A stretch of DNA of 64,000 nt from Patescibacteria group bacterium. Lineage in GTDB: Bacteria; Patescibacteriota; WWE3; UBA101185; UBA10185. This document shows, in pieces, positions 8,810 to 18,659 of this stretch. The notes beneath the pieces were generated by a model. That model was given only the letters and a program-made list of their open reading frames with translations. It was not told the DNA's origin and made no database searches. The stretch spans positions 900,023 to 964,022 of the forward strand of contig JBMORU010000001.1 in NCBI GenBank assembly GCA_049322215.1. Reading direction: 5' to 3'. The translations under genes were made by a program, and so were the position numbers. Each line of letters begins with the position of its first letter. Position 1 is the stretch's first letter.

Positions 8810-8817
8810 AAATGTTT

Positions 8818-9240
8818 TTACACTGCAGGATGAAAAGTGTAAGTAGCGCCAACACCACCATTGTATTCTGGCTTGTAATCGTAATAAACACGCCACCCAC
8901 ATTTAATGTAAAGATCAGAAAAACGCCACCAACCTTTAGCAAAAAAATCCTCAGGCGCATGTCCAAGTTTTACAAGCTCCGCAACAATATCCTTATACCC
9001 AATAACAGCCTTATCACCATCCCAACATGAAAAAATCAAAGTATTGACGATTATAATCACCGCTTTGGGAATAACAATAGCCTCTGGAGCTGCATTTTTA
9101 GTACTTGCAGAACTTGCCTTAACCAAACGGGTAACACCTTTGTGCCTTTTTGCGAGCAAAGCATGTGGACTAATAGGGTGCGTTTTTTTATTCCAACGAC
9201 TCCAAACACCTTTCAACCATATAGTTACTTTAGCAGTCAT
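8818..9240 (-). CDS. Orphan hypothetical protein
   Basis: Start placed at MTAKV because AAAGGAGG precedes it. C-terminal W..LY..GW.V.YD.KP.YN pattern. Confidence 0.65.
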   Translation of the reverse strand: MTAKVTIWLKGVWSRWNKKTHPISPHALLAKRHKGVTRLVKASSASTKNAAPEAIVIPKAVIIIVNTLIFSCWDGDKAVIGYKDIVAELVKLGHAPEDFFAKGWWRFSDLYIKCGWRVYYDYKPEYNGGVGATYTFHPAV

Positions 9241-9336
9241 TAGTATCCTCCTTTGATATTTTAGGCGTAATTTACCGTAGATTTTTAAAACATTCAAGCA
9301 TGCTAAAACTTTTTTTCTCAATGCTAAAATTTCAAT

Positions 9337-10239
9337 ATGGAAATACCACCCAACCTTAAAACACTTTATAAACACTGGAATAAGCACACAGCCCAAACAT
9401 TACCTAAAACCAACCTTAAACTACCCACAGAACTAACATGGTTTATGGCAGAACGCATGAAAATTTGGGCTAAAAAAAACGCGGGCTTAAACCCACCTTA
9501 TACAGCTGACAAAACTCTACAAACATATAAATTTTGCAATATATACAGAGAACTAGACAGACAAACAATAGAAATACATAGCCATTTAAAAAATTTGCAA
9601 AGTGATTTTTCCCTTTGGTTGCTAAATATCGCATTTCACAGATTTGTGTGCAACCCAAATACAGTTAAAAACGTAGGTCTTTTGAATTATGACTCGCAAA
9701 ATAATAGGGAAGTATATGAAAAGTTACTTAACTTACCTAAACCTAAATATGGTGTTCCTTATGTTTTTCCTATAAGCGTAATTCAAAAATCAAGCTATGA
9801 AACACGCGAAAAGTTTTTTTGCCACTATTTACCTAAGAGAATTCCCACAGTAGCTAAAACAGTACAAAACTTTAATAACACAACTGTTAACAGTGCATTA
9901 GCGCAAATATTGCCTGCGTTTGGTTTCAACTTTAAATTCCACTGGACTGAAATATTAATCGATATCGCTTATCAGTTTCCTAATTTGATTAACTTATATG
10001 AAGATTTTTATATAGGCCCAGGAGCGATTCCTACAGCTAAATTAATTAACCCAAATCAAAATCCAAAAATACTTATAAATATCTGTATAGGAACTAAACC
10101 GGAGAATTTTCCATATTTAACTTTTAACAGCAACCCGGTTTTACTATCTGCAGAAAACTGGGAAGGAATATTTTGCGAATATAGAAAATATACAAACCTA
10201 AAAAAAGGGCAGGGAAGAGTTAGAAGATTTAATCCCTAA
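9337..10239 (+). CDS. 5-hmdU DNA kinase-like / aGPT-Pplase1 family protein
   Basis: ERMKIW...PPYTADKTLQTYKFCNIYRELDR signature, later GPGA and EGIFCEYRKY motifs. Confidence 0.75.
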   Translation: MEIPPNLKTLYKHWNKHTAQTLPKTNLKLPTELTWFMAERMKIWAKKNAGLNPPYTADKTLQTYKFCNIYRELDRQTIEIHSHLKNLQSDFSLWLLNIAFHRFVCNPNTVKNVGLLNYDSQNNREVYEKLLNLPKPKYGVPYVFPISVIQKSSYETREKFFCHYLPKRIPTVAKTVQNFNNTTVNSALAQILPAFGFNFKFHWTEILIDIAYQFPNLINLYEDFYIGPGAIPTAKLINPNQNPKILINICIGTKPENFPYLTFNSNPVLLSAENWEGIFCEYRKYTNLKKGQGRVRRFNP

Positions 10240-10257
10240 ACCCATACTCAAAAGGCT

Positions 10258-12531
10258 TTATAACTTAGTAGACTTTAACCTTAATGCATTCATAACAACC
10301 GATATGCTTGAAAATGCCATGGCACCACTAGCTAACATTGGGTTTAATAATATGCCTAAAATAGGGTATAAAGCCCCCATAGCAACAGGAATTAAAATAA
10401 TATTGTACCCAAACGCCCAACCTAGATTTTGTTTTATATTCCTCATAGTTGCTTTAGAAAGTTTAATAGCTTTTGGTACCAAAGAAATATCTCCTCGCAA
10501 TAGTGTTATGCCCGCCGATTCTATTGCTACATCAGTACCACTTCCCATGGCAACGCCTATGTCTGCAGTAGCCAAGGCAGGGGCATCGTTAATGCCATCG
10601 CCAACCATAGCAACCACACTTTTTGTATTTCGTGTTTGCAATTCTTTAACCTTTGCAGCCTTATCTTCAGGGAAAACCTCTGCGAATACTTCATCAATAC
10701 CTAACTCTTTAGCTATTGCTTCTGCTGTTACTTTATTATCTCCAGTTATCATTACTGACGTAATTCCCATATCTTTAAGCACTTGAATTGTTTCCTTGGA
10801 AGATTTTTTAATTGAATCTGAAATACCAAGAAGCGCTACATTTTTTTTATCTACACTTACAAAAGAAACTGTTTGTGCTTTCTTACGAAGGCCTTCTGAT
10901 AAATTTGTTAAATCAGCACACTTCATTACCCCCTGTTGATCCATTAGTTTTTGTGTGCCTATTAGTACTTCATGACCATTTACATAAGCTTTTACACCAA
11001 GGCCAGACATGTCTTCAAAGCGTTCCGCCTCATAAACTTTATTGTTCTTTAAGTGGTTTACAACAGCTTCTGCTAAAGGATGATGTGATTTCTTTTCAAT
11101 TGAAAGAATTAACGAAGATATGTAAGCTTTTATATCAATCTCTTCAGGAATTTCCCAATTCAAACTACTTACAACCTCCTCAAGATTATTCATAAACGCA
11201 AATGTCTGCACCTCGGGTTCACCTTTTGTTAAAGTTCCTGTTTTATCGAAAACTACATAATTCACTTTATTTGCTACTTCCAAGCTCTCAGCATTTTTTA
11301 TCAATATACCGTTTTGAGCACCCTTACCAGTACCCACCATAATAGAGGTAGGGGTAGCAAGTCCTAAAGCGCAGGGACACGCAATAATTAATACGGCAAT
11401 AAGGTTAACCAAAGCTAAAATAAACGAAGGTTGAGGTCCAAAATTAAACCATATTAAGAACGTAACAATTGCAAGCATTAAAACTACAGGAACAAAATAA
11501 GAAGATACTGTATCTGCCAACTTTTGTATTGGTGCGCGAGATCCTTGCGCCTGTTTTACCATTTCGATTATTTGAGATAGCATTGTTTCGCTCCCAACTT
11601 TTGTTGCTTTCATTTCAAAAGAGCCACTTTTATTTATAGTCGCACCTATAACTGTATTTTCTACTACTTTTCTAACCGGCATACTTTCGCCAGTAACCAT
11701 GCTTTCATCTACAGCGGATTCTCCTTTAGTTATTACACCATCTACAGGAATTTTTTCTCCAGGTTTAACAATTAATATATCTCCAACAACGATTTGGTCT
11801 ACGGGAATTTCTAGCTCTTCCCCATCTCTTAATACTCGTGCTGTTTTAGCCTGCAAGCCAAGTAGTTTTTTAATTGCTTCCGAGGTTTGCCCTTTTGCCC
11901 TCATTTCCAAAAACTTACCAAGCAAAATCAAGGTAATAATAGTTGCGGAAGTTTCAAAATATACATGTGGTTCTATTCCAAAGTTTAAAAGTTGTGTCTC
12001 AAACAAAACCACAATTACAGAATAAAAATAGGCGACAGAAGTACCAATTGCAATCAAGGTATCCATGTTTGCTGTACGATTTTTAAGACCAGACCATGTA
12101 CTTTTGTAATACTGAGCTCCTACCCAAAATTGCACGGGTGTAGATAAAATCCACATTATCCAATAGTTTTTTAATATAGCAGGAGCAAATGGAATCATTG
12201 CACCAAAAAGCAAGAAGAATGTAAAAAAGCTACTCCAAACAAGTTTTGTTTTTACCTCCTTTACTTCTTTTGCCTTTTCTTTTTCGACTAAATCTTCTTG
12301 AGATTCGTTTTCCTGTCCAATTACTGCTTTGTAGCCCACATCCTCAACTGCTTTTGCAAAATCTTCTGTTTTGCAACTATCCTCATGCTCTACAGTTGCT
12401 TGTTCATTTGCATAATTCACGTGGGCAGATTTAACTCCGGGCAAATTTTCTAGACTCCTGCCAACATTTATTGCACAACTTGCACAATGCATACCTGAAA
12501 CATGAAATGTTGTTTTTTTAATATTACTCAT
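10258..12531 (-). CDS. copA: Cu(I)-translocating P1B-1 ATPase
   Basis: GMHCASC HMA domain, [31 protein letters not shown] and MAFSS motifs. Start placed at MSNIK. Confidence 0.95.
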   Translation of the reverse strand: MSNIKKTTFHVSGMHCASCAINVGRSLENLPGVKSAHVNYANEQATVEHEDSCKTEDFAKAVEDVGYKAVIGQENESQEDLVEKEKAKEVKEVKTKLVWSSFFTFFLLFGAMIPFAPAILKNYWIMWILSTPVQFWVGAQYYKSTWSGLKNRTANMDTLIAIGTSVAYFYSVIVVLFETQLLNFGIEPHVYFETSATIITLILLGKFLEMRAKGQTSEAIKKLLGLQAKTARVLRDGEELEIPVDQIVVGDILIVKPGEKIPVDGVITKGESAVDESMVTGESMPVRKVVENTVIGATINKSGSFEMKATKVGSETMLSQIIEMVKQAQGSRAPIQKLADTVSSYFVPVVLMLAIVTFLIWFNFGPQPSFILALVNLIAVLIIACPCALGLATPTSIMVGTGKGAQNGILIKNAESLEVANKVNYVVFDKTGTLTKGEPEVQTFAFMNNLEEVVSSLNWEIPEEIDIKAYISSLILSIEKKSHHPLAEAVVNHLKNNKVYEAERFEDMSGLGVKAYVNGHEVLIGTQKLMDQQGVMKCADLTNLSEGLRKKAQTVSFVSVDKKNVALLGISDSIKKSSKETIQVLKDMGITSVMITGDNKVTAEAIAKELGIDEVFAEVFPEDKAAKVKELQTRNTKSVVAMVGDGINDAPALATADIGVAMGSGTDVAIESAGITLLRGDISLVPKAIKLSKATMRNIKQNLGWAFGYNIILIPVAMGALYPILGILLNPMLASGAMAFSSISVVMNALRLKSTKL

Positions 12532-12899
12532 AAATCTGCTCCTGACTCTACAACCTTTATTTTTCCGTGAAACATGTTCATTCCACATGAAATTTCATAT
12601 TCTCCAACTTCTGCAGGGTTAATTACGATATTAGTAGTTTTGTTTAGTCCCAAGTGCTCTCTAATATTAAAATCTGGAATTACAACTTCGTCTAAACAAG
12701 AACTTGCATCTTTTCTATAAAATTTTAAGGTTACTGGCTTACCTTTTTTGACTTTGATTACATTTGGTTTATAGCCACCTTCTACAGTAATAGTTATCTC
12801 GTTTGTAACTTCTACGGCTTTGCTTTCTTTTTTCATAAAAAAGAACCAGTAAGTAAAAATTATTAATAGTATTCCTAATAAATTAATTAGTATTGTCAT
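12528..12899 (-). CDS. Membrane-anchored cupredoxin (CupA-like)
   Basis: Motifs [24 protein letters not shown]. Overlaps the copA start. Confidence 0.85.
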   Translation of the reverse strand: MTILINLLGILLIIFTYWFFFMKKESKAVEVTNEITITVEGGYKPNVIKVKKGKPVTLKFYRKDASSCLDEVVIPDFNIREHLGLNKTTNIVINPAEVGEYEISCGMNMFHGKIKVVESGADL

Positions 12900-13034
12900 G
12901 TTTTATTTCCTTAATAACTTTCTTTAAGAGGACACACTCCTAATATTGCAAAATTGTTATAGTTCATATTAAGTTTAGCTTTTATAATCGGTTTTGTCGT
13001 TTTTGAAATACTGTAGTTATTCATAAATTTCAAC

Positions 13035-13460
13035 TTATAGTGCCCACTCGAATTTAAGAACTTCACCTTCTATTTCAGTTATAGTGAGAAAAATTGTCGT
13101 TGCTTGTGGATTCATTGTAGAAAATTGAAGTTCTCCACTTAAGTGATGTCCTCCGCGATCACCACTCCAAGACACCGGTTGATATTCATTTCCCTCATTG
13201 TCCGTTAAAGTAATTATTTTCTTCAGGTCAAAATCTAATTCTACAGAATGAGTATTGAGAGTAATCTCAAAATTGGAAGTACTTAGTGGGGTAACTTGAA
13301 CGTTTACAGCACCCATTGTTCCACTTTTAGAATCAAGAGGGTTTGTGTCAGATACGGATGTTGTAGGTTTTTCTGCTTTTGGGTTTGAAATAAATACCCA
13401 ACCTAAAAACACTAATAGTAATATTGTTATTGGAATAATAAACTTTTCAAATTTTTTCAT
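13035..13460 (-). CDS. Exported protein with THS/GGHH motifs (copper locus)
   Basis: N-terminal TM helix, LNTHSVEL, GGHHLSG. Confidence 0.7.
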   Translation of the reverse strand: MKKFEKFIIPITILLLVFLGWVFISNPKAEKPTTSVSDTNPLDSKSGTMGAVNVQVTPLSTSNFEITLNTHSVELDFDLKKIITLTDNEGNEYQPVSWSGDRGGHHLSGELQFSTMNPQATTIFLTITEIEGEVLKFEWAL

Positions 13461-13911
13461 AATTAGCTCCATATAAGTGTTTGAGCATAAAACCTATCCC
13501 AAACAAATTAAAAACTATACCCACAGCAAAAAGTTCTTTTGTGTAAGCTCCTAAAAAAGATGCGAGCGCAGAGGCACCTAAGATAGGTAAAACATCTACT
13601 GCATGATGCGCACAACAAGCAACCATTGTTGCAGTACTGGTGGCACCGGTAACTTTAGATACTTTATTAGTTTGCATTGTTTCCATGTGTTTAATTTGCA
13701 ATAACTTAGATAATGCAAGCTGCATTCCGAAACCTAAAGAAAGTGCCAATATCCAAGGACGGTAATAATTAAACTGAGAAATTGCAGTTTCCATACTACC
13801 TGTAGTGATTCGCATTAAAATGAGATATATGGCAAGTAAAAAGGTAGTTCCAAATACAAAATATGTAATTAGTTTAAAGAGCTTATTAGTGTTTTCCACA
13901 ACAATCTCCAT
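13447..13911 (-). CDS. 4-TM membrane protein with ACCAHH motif (copper locus)
   Basis: Four hydrophobic segments and MVACCAHH, a likely metal-binding motif. Confidence 0.7.
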   Translation of the reverse strand: MEIVVENTNKLFKLITYFVFGTTFLLAIYLILMRITTGSMETAISQFNYYRPWILALSLGFGMQLALSKLLQIKHMETMQTNKVSKVTGATSTATMVACCAHHAVDVLPILGASALASFLGAYTKELFAVGIVFNLFGIGFMLKHLYGANYEKI

Positions 13912-14806
13912 TTTCTTCTTTGTTTTCCAACTCTTTAGTTTCAACCTCTACTGTAGTATTTGTATCTCTTGTAGATAGAGCATGTTTAATAATTACAGTC
14001 AAAAATAAAACAATAGCCACAAGAAATATTGCATTAGCACCGGGAACAGAATTTAGCTTTAGTGCTAAACTATTTATATTCTCAGAAAAGCCCTGCGCCA
14101 TTTCTGCCATCGAAAAATCGGTTGCAAGGGCTAAATACACAATTACAAATCCCATTATTGTAAAAATGAAAAACGATATTACATTTCCCATTATTATTGG
14201 ATAGGTTTTAGAAAGTATTTTTATTTCACTCAATTTTCTCTTAAAAAACTTCATACCTAAAACTTTTTTCGTATCTAAAAAGTATGCGCCTATATACAGG
14301 GGAGTAACCATTCCCAAAACATACACAAAACCTATAAGCAATGCTTGCCACAAACTAGGGGACATAATGCTAAGGGTCAAAACTCCAACCAGTACAGGGG
14401 CACAACATGCGCTAGTTATACCTGAGAAAACACCTAAAGTGAAAATAGAAACAACATCCGTACCTTGTTTGCCCGACTGGTTAATATGTGGCATTGGAAG
14501 TTTAAGTCCTAATAAAGAGGCCAATCCAACCAGAATCATAAAAGTACCACCAAGCAAATAAATTTGTTCATGATACCTAAAAACTGCAAGAGAAATTAGT
14601 TTTGAGCCCAAAACTGCAGGAATCATTACAACAAATATGCCTAAGGAATAAACTAGCGTCATGAGTAAAACTCTTTTTCGCTCCTTAAAGACTGAGCCTA
14701 AATATGCAGGAAGCAAATACGACACACAGCATGGGGCAAATAAGGCTACCATTCCTGCCAAAAACGCTGCAATTATTGACGTTTGAAAAAGTATTGCTTC
14801 ATTCAT
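13886..14806 (-). CDS. CcdA/DsbD-family membrane thiol-redox protein
   Basis: FAPCCVSYLLPAY and SACCAPVL Cys motifs, about 8 TM helices, C-terminal CCGKH. Confidence 0.8.
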   Translation of the reverse strand: MNEAILFQTSIIAAFLAGMVALFAPCCVSYLLPAYLGSVFKERKRVLLMTLVYSLGIFVVMIPAVLGSKLISLAVFRYHEQIYLLGGTFMILVGLASLLGLKLPMPHINQSGKQGTDVVSIFTLGVFSGITSACCAPVLVGVLTLSIMSPSLWQALLIGFVYVLGMVTPLYIGAYFLDTKKVLGMKFFKRKLSEIKILSKTYPIIMGNVISFFIFTIMGFVIVYLALATDFSMAEMAQGFSENINSLALKLNSVPGANAIFLVAIVLFLTVIIKHALSTRDTNTTVEVETKELENKEENGDCCGKH

Positions 14807-14808
14807 AA

Positions 14809-15813
14809 TCAAACTCCGCAGCCGCCACCACCACCTGAACCTTGTACTGGTTTAACCTTTGCAAGCACTGATCTATATCCTGAACCGCTAGAAAACTCTG
14901 CACCTAAAACTTCTTTAGCTACTACAGCAGCCCATTCAAGGTTTCTTTCATCTTCCATATACTTTGCAATTGTTAAGTACGTATCGGGAAACCAAATAGA
15001 ATTTACCGCAAGAGCACTGTTGTAAATTTCATCTTCGGAGTACCCTTTAGCAACCATCATTTCTATTAGACCAAGCATAGCCATACCATGATTACAGTCT
15101 GCAAATGCCGTATGATTATTACAACAAGGTCTATATATGTTTGATGCTATTTGCTTAATCAAAACTTGTTGTTCGGGAGATAAATTAAACAAATTATGTT
15201 TACCATAGTGATCCATTGCACTACCTTGAGCTAAATTCCAACCTCCTGTAGCTGCAAGATTTTCCACTTGAGGATATTCTGAACGCATATCTTCTAGAAC
15301 TAAACTTTGTTGAGCCAAACCCAATGCCCATAGAGCATTTAACACAAATCTTGAATTCTCCCTAGTTAAAACAATGGCTTCATCGTAATTAGTTGTCAAA
15401 ATCTTAGTGTAGTCCGCATTTGCTTTGCTTAAAGGGCCACCTCTAAATAAACTTAAAAATTTTTGCTGGTCTATTACGCCTACGCTAACTAGCTTTGTAC
15501 CAACATCACCCCACTTAACAGGTAACACCACACCCCCCTCGGGAAGTACTGCAACCTCTAGCCTTTGTGCTTGTTTTTCTGGTGTATTTTCTAACTCCTC
15601 ATTTAATTTTTCCTTATAGGCAATAAGCGCATTTACTTGAGATCTATAAAAGTAATATTGAATAATCGCAACACCTAGTGTGGAGTTAAATGTTATTAAT
15701 AAAACAAGAGACATGGGGACACTCTTTTTCAAAAAGCTTTTCATTGAGGTGTTAAAACGTCTAGGCTTTGAAAAGTCACCGGAGTTCGAAGTTTCTAGTA
15801 CTTTTTCTTTCAT
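14809..15813 (-). CDS. Conserved-looking Cys-rich exported protein (copper locus)
   Basis: One TM helix, YRPCCNN...DCNHGMAM, C-terminal GGGGGCGV. Confidence 0.7.
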   Translation of the reverse strand: MKEKVLETSNSGDFSKPRRFNTSMKSFLKKSVPMSLVLLITFNSTLGVAIIQYYFYRSQVNALIAYKEKLNEELENTPEKQAQRLEVAVLPEGGVVLPVKWGDVGTKLVSVGVIDQQKFLSLFRGGPLSKANADYTKILTTNYDEAIVLTRENSRFVLNALWALGLAQQSLVLEDMRSEYPQVENLAATGGWNLAQGSAMDHYGKHNLFNLSPEQQVLIKQIASNIYRPCCNNHTAFADCNHGMAMLGLIEMMVAKGYSEDEIYNSALAVNSIWFPDTYLTIAKYMEDERNLEWAAVVAKEVLGAEFSSGSGYRSVLAKVKPVQGSGGGGGCGV

Positions 15814-15829
15814 AAAACTATCTTTCAAA

Positions 15830-16342
15830 TTAATCTACTTCTTTGCTAACTACGTTTCCTGTGAGCCTAAACTCAACCGTACGATTACTTGGATCATTGG
15901 TATCAAATGAAACTAAACGAGTAATTGGCCCGGTGCCTTGAGGTCCATGAAACAGGGGATCAAATACAACCTTTACTTCGGCAGTGGAATCTGGCGCTAA
16001 TGTGCCTTTCCAACTAGATGTAGCATGCATACCAAAAGCAGGACTTTGTACTCCAGCAATAGTTACTTGAGCTTCTGTACACATACAAGAGGTCTTGAAA
16101 TTCGATATATCAAGGTTTGAAGTACCAGCATTCTTAATTAGAAAAGTCTTTTCTACATTGCCGCCCTCAATGTCTATTTCACCCCAATCGTGCAACTTGG
16201 CACCTAACACCTCAACTTTTGCGTCCCCACTGCTTTCTAAAACCGGAGGCTGTGTTTTAGTTGCAAAAATAGTGCCTAAAATTAATATAAAAACTGTAGA
16301 AATACCTATTAAGCTTATTAAGATTTTGTTTTCCTTAGTCAT
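15830..16342 (-). CDS. DUF1573 domain protein
   Basis: DWGEI, F.IKN.G..L.I, TSCMCT, FGMH, HGP, TNDP. Confidence 0.8.
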   Translation of the reverse strand: MTKENKILISLIGISTVFILILGTIFATKTQPPVLESSGDAKVEVLGAKLHDWGEIDIEGGNVEKTFLIKNAGTSNLDISNFKTSCMCTEAQVTIAGVQSPAFGMHATSSWKGTLAPDSTAEVKVVFDPLFHGPQGTGPITRLVSFDTNDPSNRTVEFRLTGNVVSKEVD

Positions 16343-16359
16343 TTAGCAAACCTTTCTAC

Positions 16360-16848
16360 TCAATCTAAAATTTTTACATAAATATCAAATTGCATTTCTG
16401 GTGAATTAGCATCATTAGTTTTCACAAATACCGAACGTGTTAGCTCACCTTGAGGTTCTTCATGAAAGTTTGGATCAAAATAAACTGTTAGTTGAGCCTT
16501 TTCATTAAACCCGAGTATTGTTTTATCTACTTCTGCAGACGTACACCCACAAGATGTAGAAATATCACCAATCTCTAGTTGTTCTTTACCGTGGTTTTCA
16601 ATTTCAAAAGTGGTACTAACAACACCGTCATTTCTAGATATAGAACCAAAATCATGCGTATTATTATGTGTTTCTGCTAAGGGTTTATTGTAATTAATTT
16701 CACTGTGATGAACTCCCATCATTCCTACACCCATATAGTTATTAAACCTGTTTATGCCTAGTAAATAAGATAGAGTGGCAACATTCATTAAAACTAGAAT
16801 TGCAATTACTCCATAAAGTACTTTTTTCTCCGTCATATCCGTTTGCAT
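16360..16848 (-). CDS. DUF1573 domain protein
   Basis: HDFGSI, STSCGCT, TND. His/Met-rich linker. Confidence 0.8.
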   Translation of the reverse strand: MQTDMTEKKVLYGVIAILVLMNVATLSYLLGINRFNNYMGVGMMGVHHSEINYNKPLAETHNNTHDFGSISRNDGVVSTTFEIENHGKEQLEIGDISTSCGCTSAEVDKTILGFNEKAQLTVYFDPNFHEEPQGELTRSVFVKTNDANSPEMQFDIYVKILD

Positions 16849-17115
16849 TTAATTCTTTCTATAAAGAGAATAAATTTTCACTAATTCATCTATAGCTTTA
16901 TCTTCTTCACCATTTTTCATTTGTTCGACCACACAACCGTTTATATGCTCTTCTAAAATTTGTTTGTCTATCTTTTGTAATGATTTTTGAATGGATAAAG
17001 ACTGGGTAAGTACATCTACACAGTATTTACCTTCTTCTATCATTTTTGAGAGACCCTCAATTTGACCAGCAATGATTTTTAATTTGTGTGAAGTTGATTT
17101 TCTATCGTATTCCAT
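16849..17115 (-). CDS. csoR: CsoR-family copper-sensing repressor
   Basis: IAGQIEGL...YCVDVLTQ...EEHINGCV (C-H-C ligand set). Confidence 0.9.
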   Translation of the reverse strand: MEYDRKSTSHKLKIIAGQIEGLSKMIEEGKYCVDVLTQSLSIQKSLQKIDKQILEEHINGCVVEQMKNGEEDKAIDELVKIYSLYRKN

Positions 17116-17122
17116 GTGATGA

Positions 17123-17152
17123 ATACTACTCCCCCCTATTGGTATTAGTCAA
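17123..17152 (-). promoter_or_regulatory. csoR operon promoter with embedded CsoR-type operator
   Basis: TTGACT-18-TAGTAT. The spacer region reads ATACCAATAGGGGGGAGTAGTAT, a G-tract flanked by ATAC/GTAT as in CsoR operators. ATG lies 7 nt after the -10. Confidence 0.7.
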
Positions 17153-17228
17153 GTTCCTTAACAAAACAACGTTATCAAAATGCGAATTGAACTATATAAT
17201 TATTAAACTAACAAGTTAAAATTTAAAA

Positions 17229-18602
17229 ATGCAAAAAAAGGATAAAAAGAGCAATAAAACAAAAAAAAGATATTTTGTACAAGGCATGCACTGCAGTACC
17301 TGTGAAATACTTATTAAACAAGATATTGCAAATCTTCAGGGTATAAATAAAGCCACTGTTTCTTTAAGTAAGTCACATGTAGTTATTCATGCTAATGAAA
17401 CAACTAACATTCCTTCAAGAAACACTTTAAATAAGTTATTTAAAGAATTAGGTTACACTTTTCACGAACAAAAGCCCAAAGAACAAAAACTTAGTAGGGA
17501 AGAGTCTTTAAAAATTATAGGAATAGCACTACTATTTATCATCGCTTTTTACACACTAGAAAAATCCGGAATATTTATGAAATATTCTATAACTGCTCAA
17601 TCATCCTTAGGAGCATACTTTGTTTTTGGATTAGCTGCCGGAATTTCAAGCTGCGCAGCACTTGTTGGGGGGATTTTACTGTCACTTTCGAAAAACTGGA
17701 ATAATATGTATGCAAACAATAAAAGAAAGAGTGTTCTACCTTTTATTTACTTTAACTCATCAAGAATACTAACCTTTGCGCTACTTGGAGGAATATTAGG
17801 GTACCTTGGAAGCTTTTTACAATTATCTATAACATTAACCTCAATTTTAACTTTACTTATTGCATTACTAATGCTGGCATTAGGATTTCAAATGATTGGG
17901 ATTAAGTGGTTTAATAAGTTTAGTTTTAACTTTGTTGGAAACAATAAATACCTAAACAAAAACTCAGAACTAAACGGCAAATACATACCCTTAATAGTAG
18001 GCGCCTTAACTTTTTTTGTTCCATGTGGATTTACCTTAATTGCTCAAACTAACACATTAAATGCAGGTAGCTTTTACAAGGGTATGCTTCAATTAACTGC
18101 GTTTGCACTAGGAACCCTACCAATATTGGCATTGATTAGTTTTTCGAGTGTTAAATTTTACTCAAACCCGAAGTTTGCAAAAAAATTTAGTTTGTTCTCA
18201 GGCGTAATCATAGTGTTTTTTGCACTTTACACAATAAACTCACAGCTAAATGTATTAGGTTTAACAAGCCTTAACGATATTTCTTTTTCAAAAAGCGTAA
18301 CTAGCAAAAGCGACATACAAATAAATAATGCTAATTACCAGGTAATACAACTTGAAGCTATTGGGTTTGAATATTATCCAAAAGAAGTAACAATTCAGTC
18401 GGGAGTGAAAACGCAGTGGTCGATATACGATAATGGGTCAGTGGGTTGTGCTAAAGCAGTATATGCTAGGGGACTATACCCAGATGTCATTTACTTAAAA
18501 CCTGGCATGAACACTGTTGAATTTGTTGCGCCCAAACCAGGTACATATAAAATTTCTTGTTCAATGGGAATGGTACCTCCAGTAACTGTTAGGGTTATAT
18601 AG
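17229..18602 (+). CDS. HMA + DsbD_2-like membrane domain + cupredoxin fusion
   Basis: GMHCSTC; SSCAALVGG; PCGF; AFALGTLP; C-terminal GC...SCSMGM. Confidence 0.85.
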   Translation: MQKKDKKSNKTKKRYFVQGMHCSTCEILIKQDIANLQGINKATVSLSKSHVVIHANETTNIPSRNTLNKLFKELGYTFHEQKPKEQKLSREESLKIIGIALLFIIAFYTLEKSGIFMKYSITAQSSLGAYFVFGLAAGISSCAALVGGILLSLSKNWNNMYANNKRKSVLPFIYFNSSRILTFALLGGILGYLGSFLQLSITLTSILTLLIALLMLALGFQMIGIKWFNKFSFNFVGNNKYLNKNSELNGKYIPLIVGALTFFVPCGFTLIAQTNTLNAGSFYKGMLQLTAFALGTLPILALISFSSVKFYSNPKFAKKFSLFSGVIIVFFALYTINSQLNVLGLTSLNDISFSKSVTSKSDIQINNANYQVIQLEAIGFEYYPKEVTIQSGVKTQWSIYDNGSVGCAKAVYARGLYPDVIYLKPGMNTVEFVAPKPGTYKISCSMGMVPPVTVRVI

Positions 18603-18659
18603 TTAACGCCACGTACCCTCATAATAGTATGTGGTGTAATTAACTGCTAAAATTTGAGC

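Noticed and set aside
10304-12434. Plus-strand ORFs opposite copA, and similar antisense ORFs throughout the window
   Set aside because: They are fully nested antisense to well-supported genes and have no motifs or start signals.
12911-13024. 37-aa minus-strand ORF (MNNYSISK...VCPLKESY) filling a gap in the copper operon
   Set aside because: No SD or recognisable motif, so it cannot be distinguished from chance.
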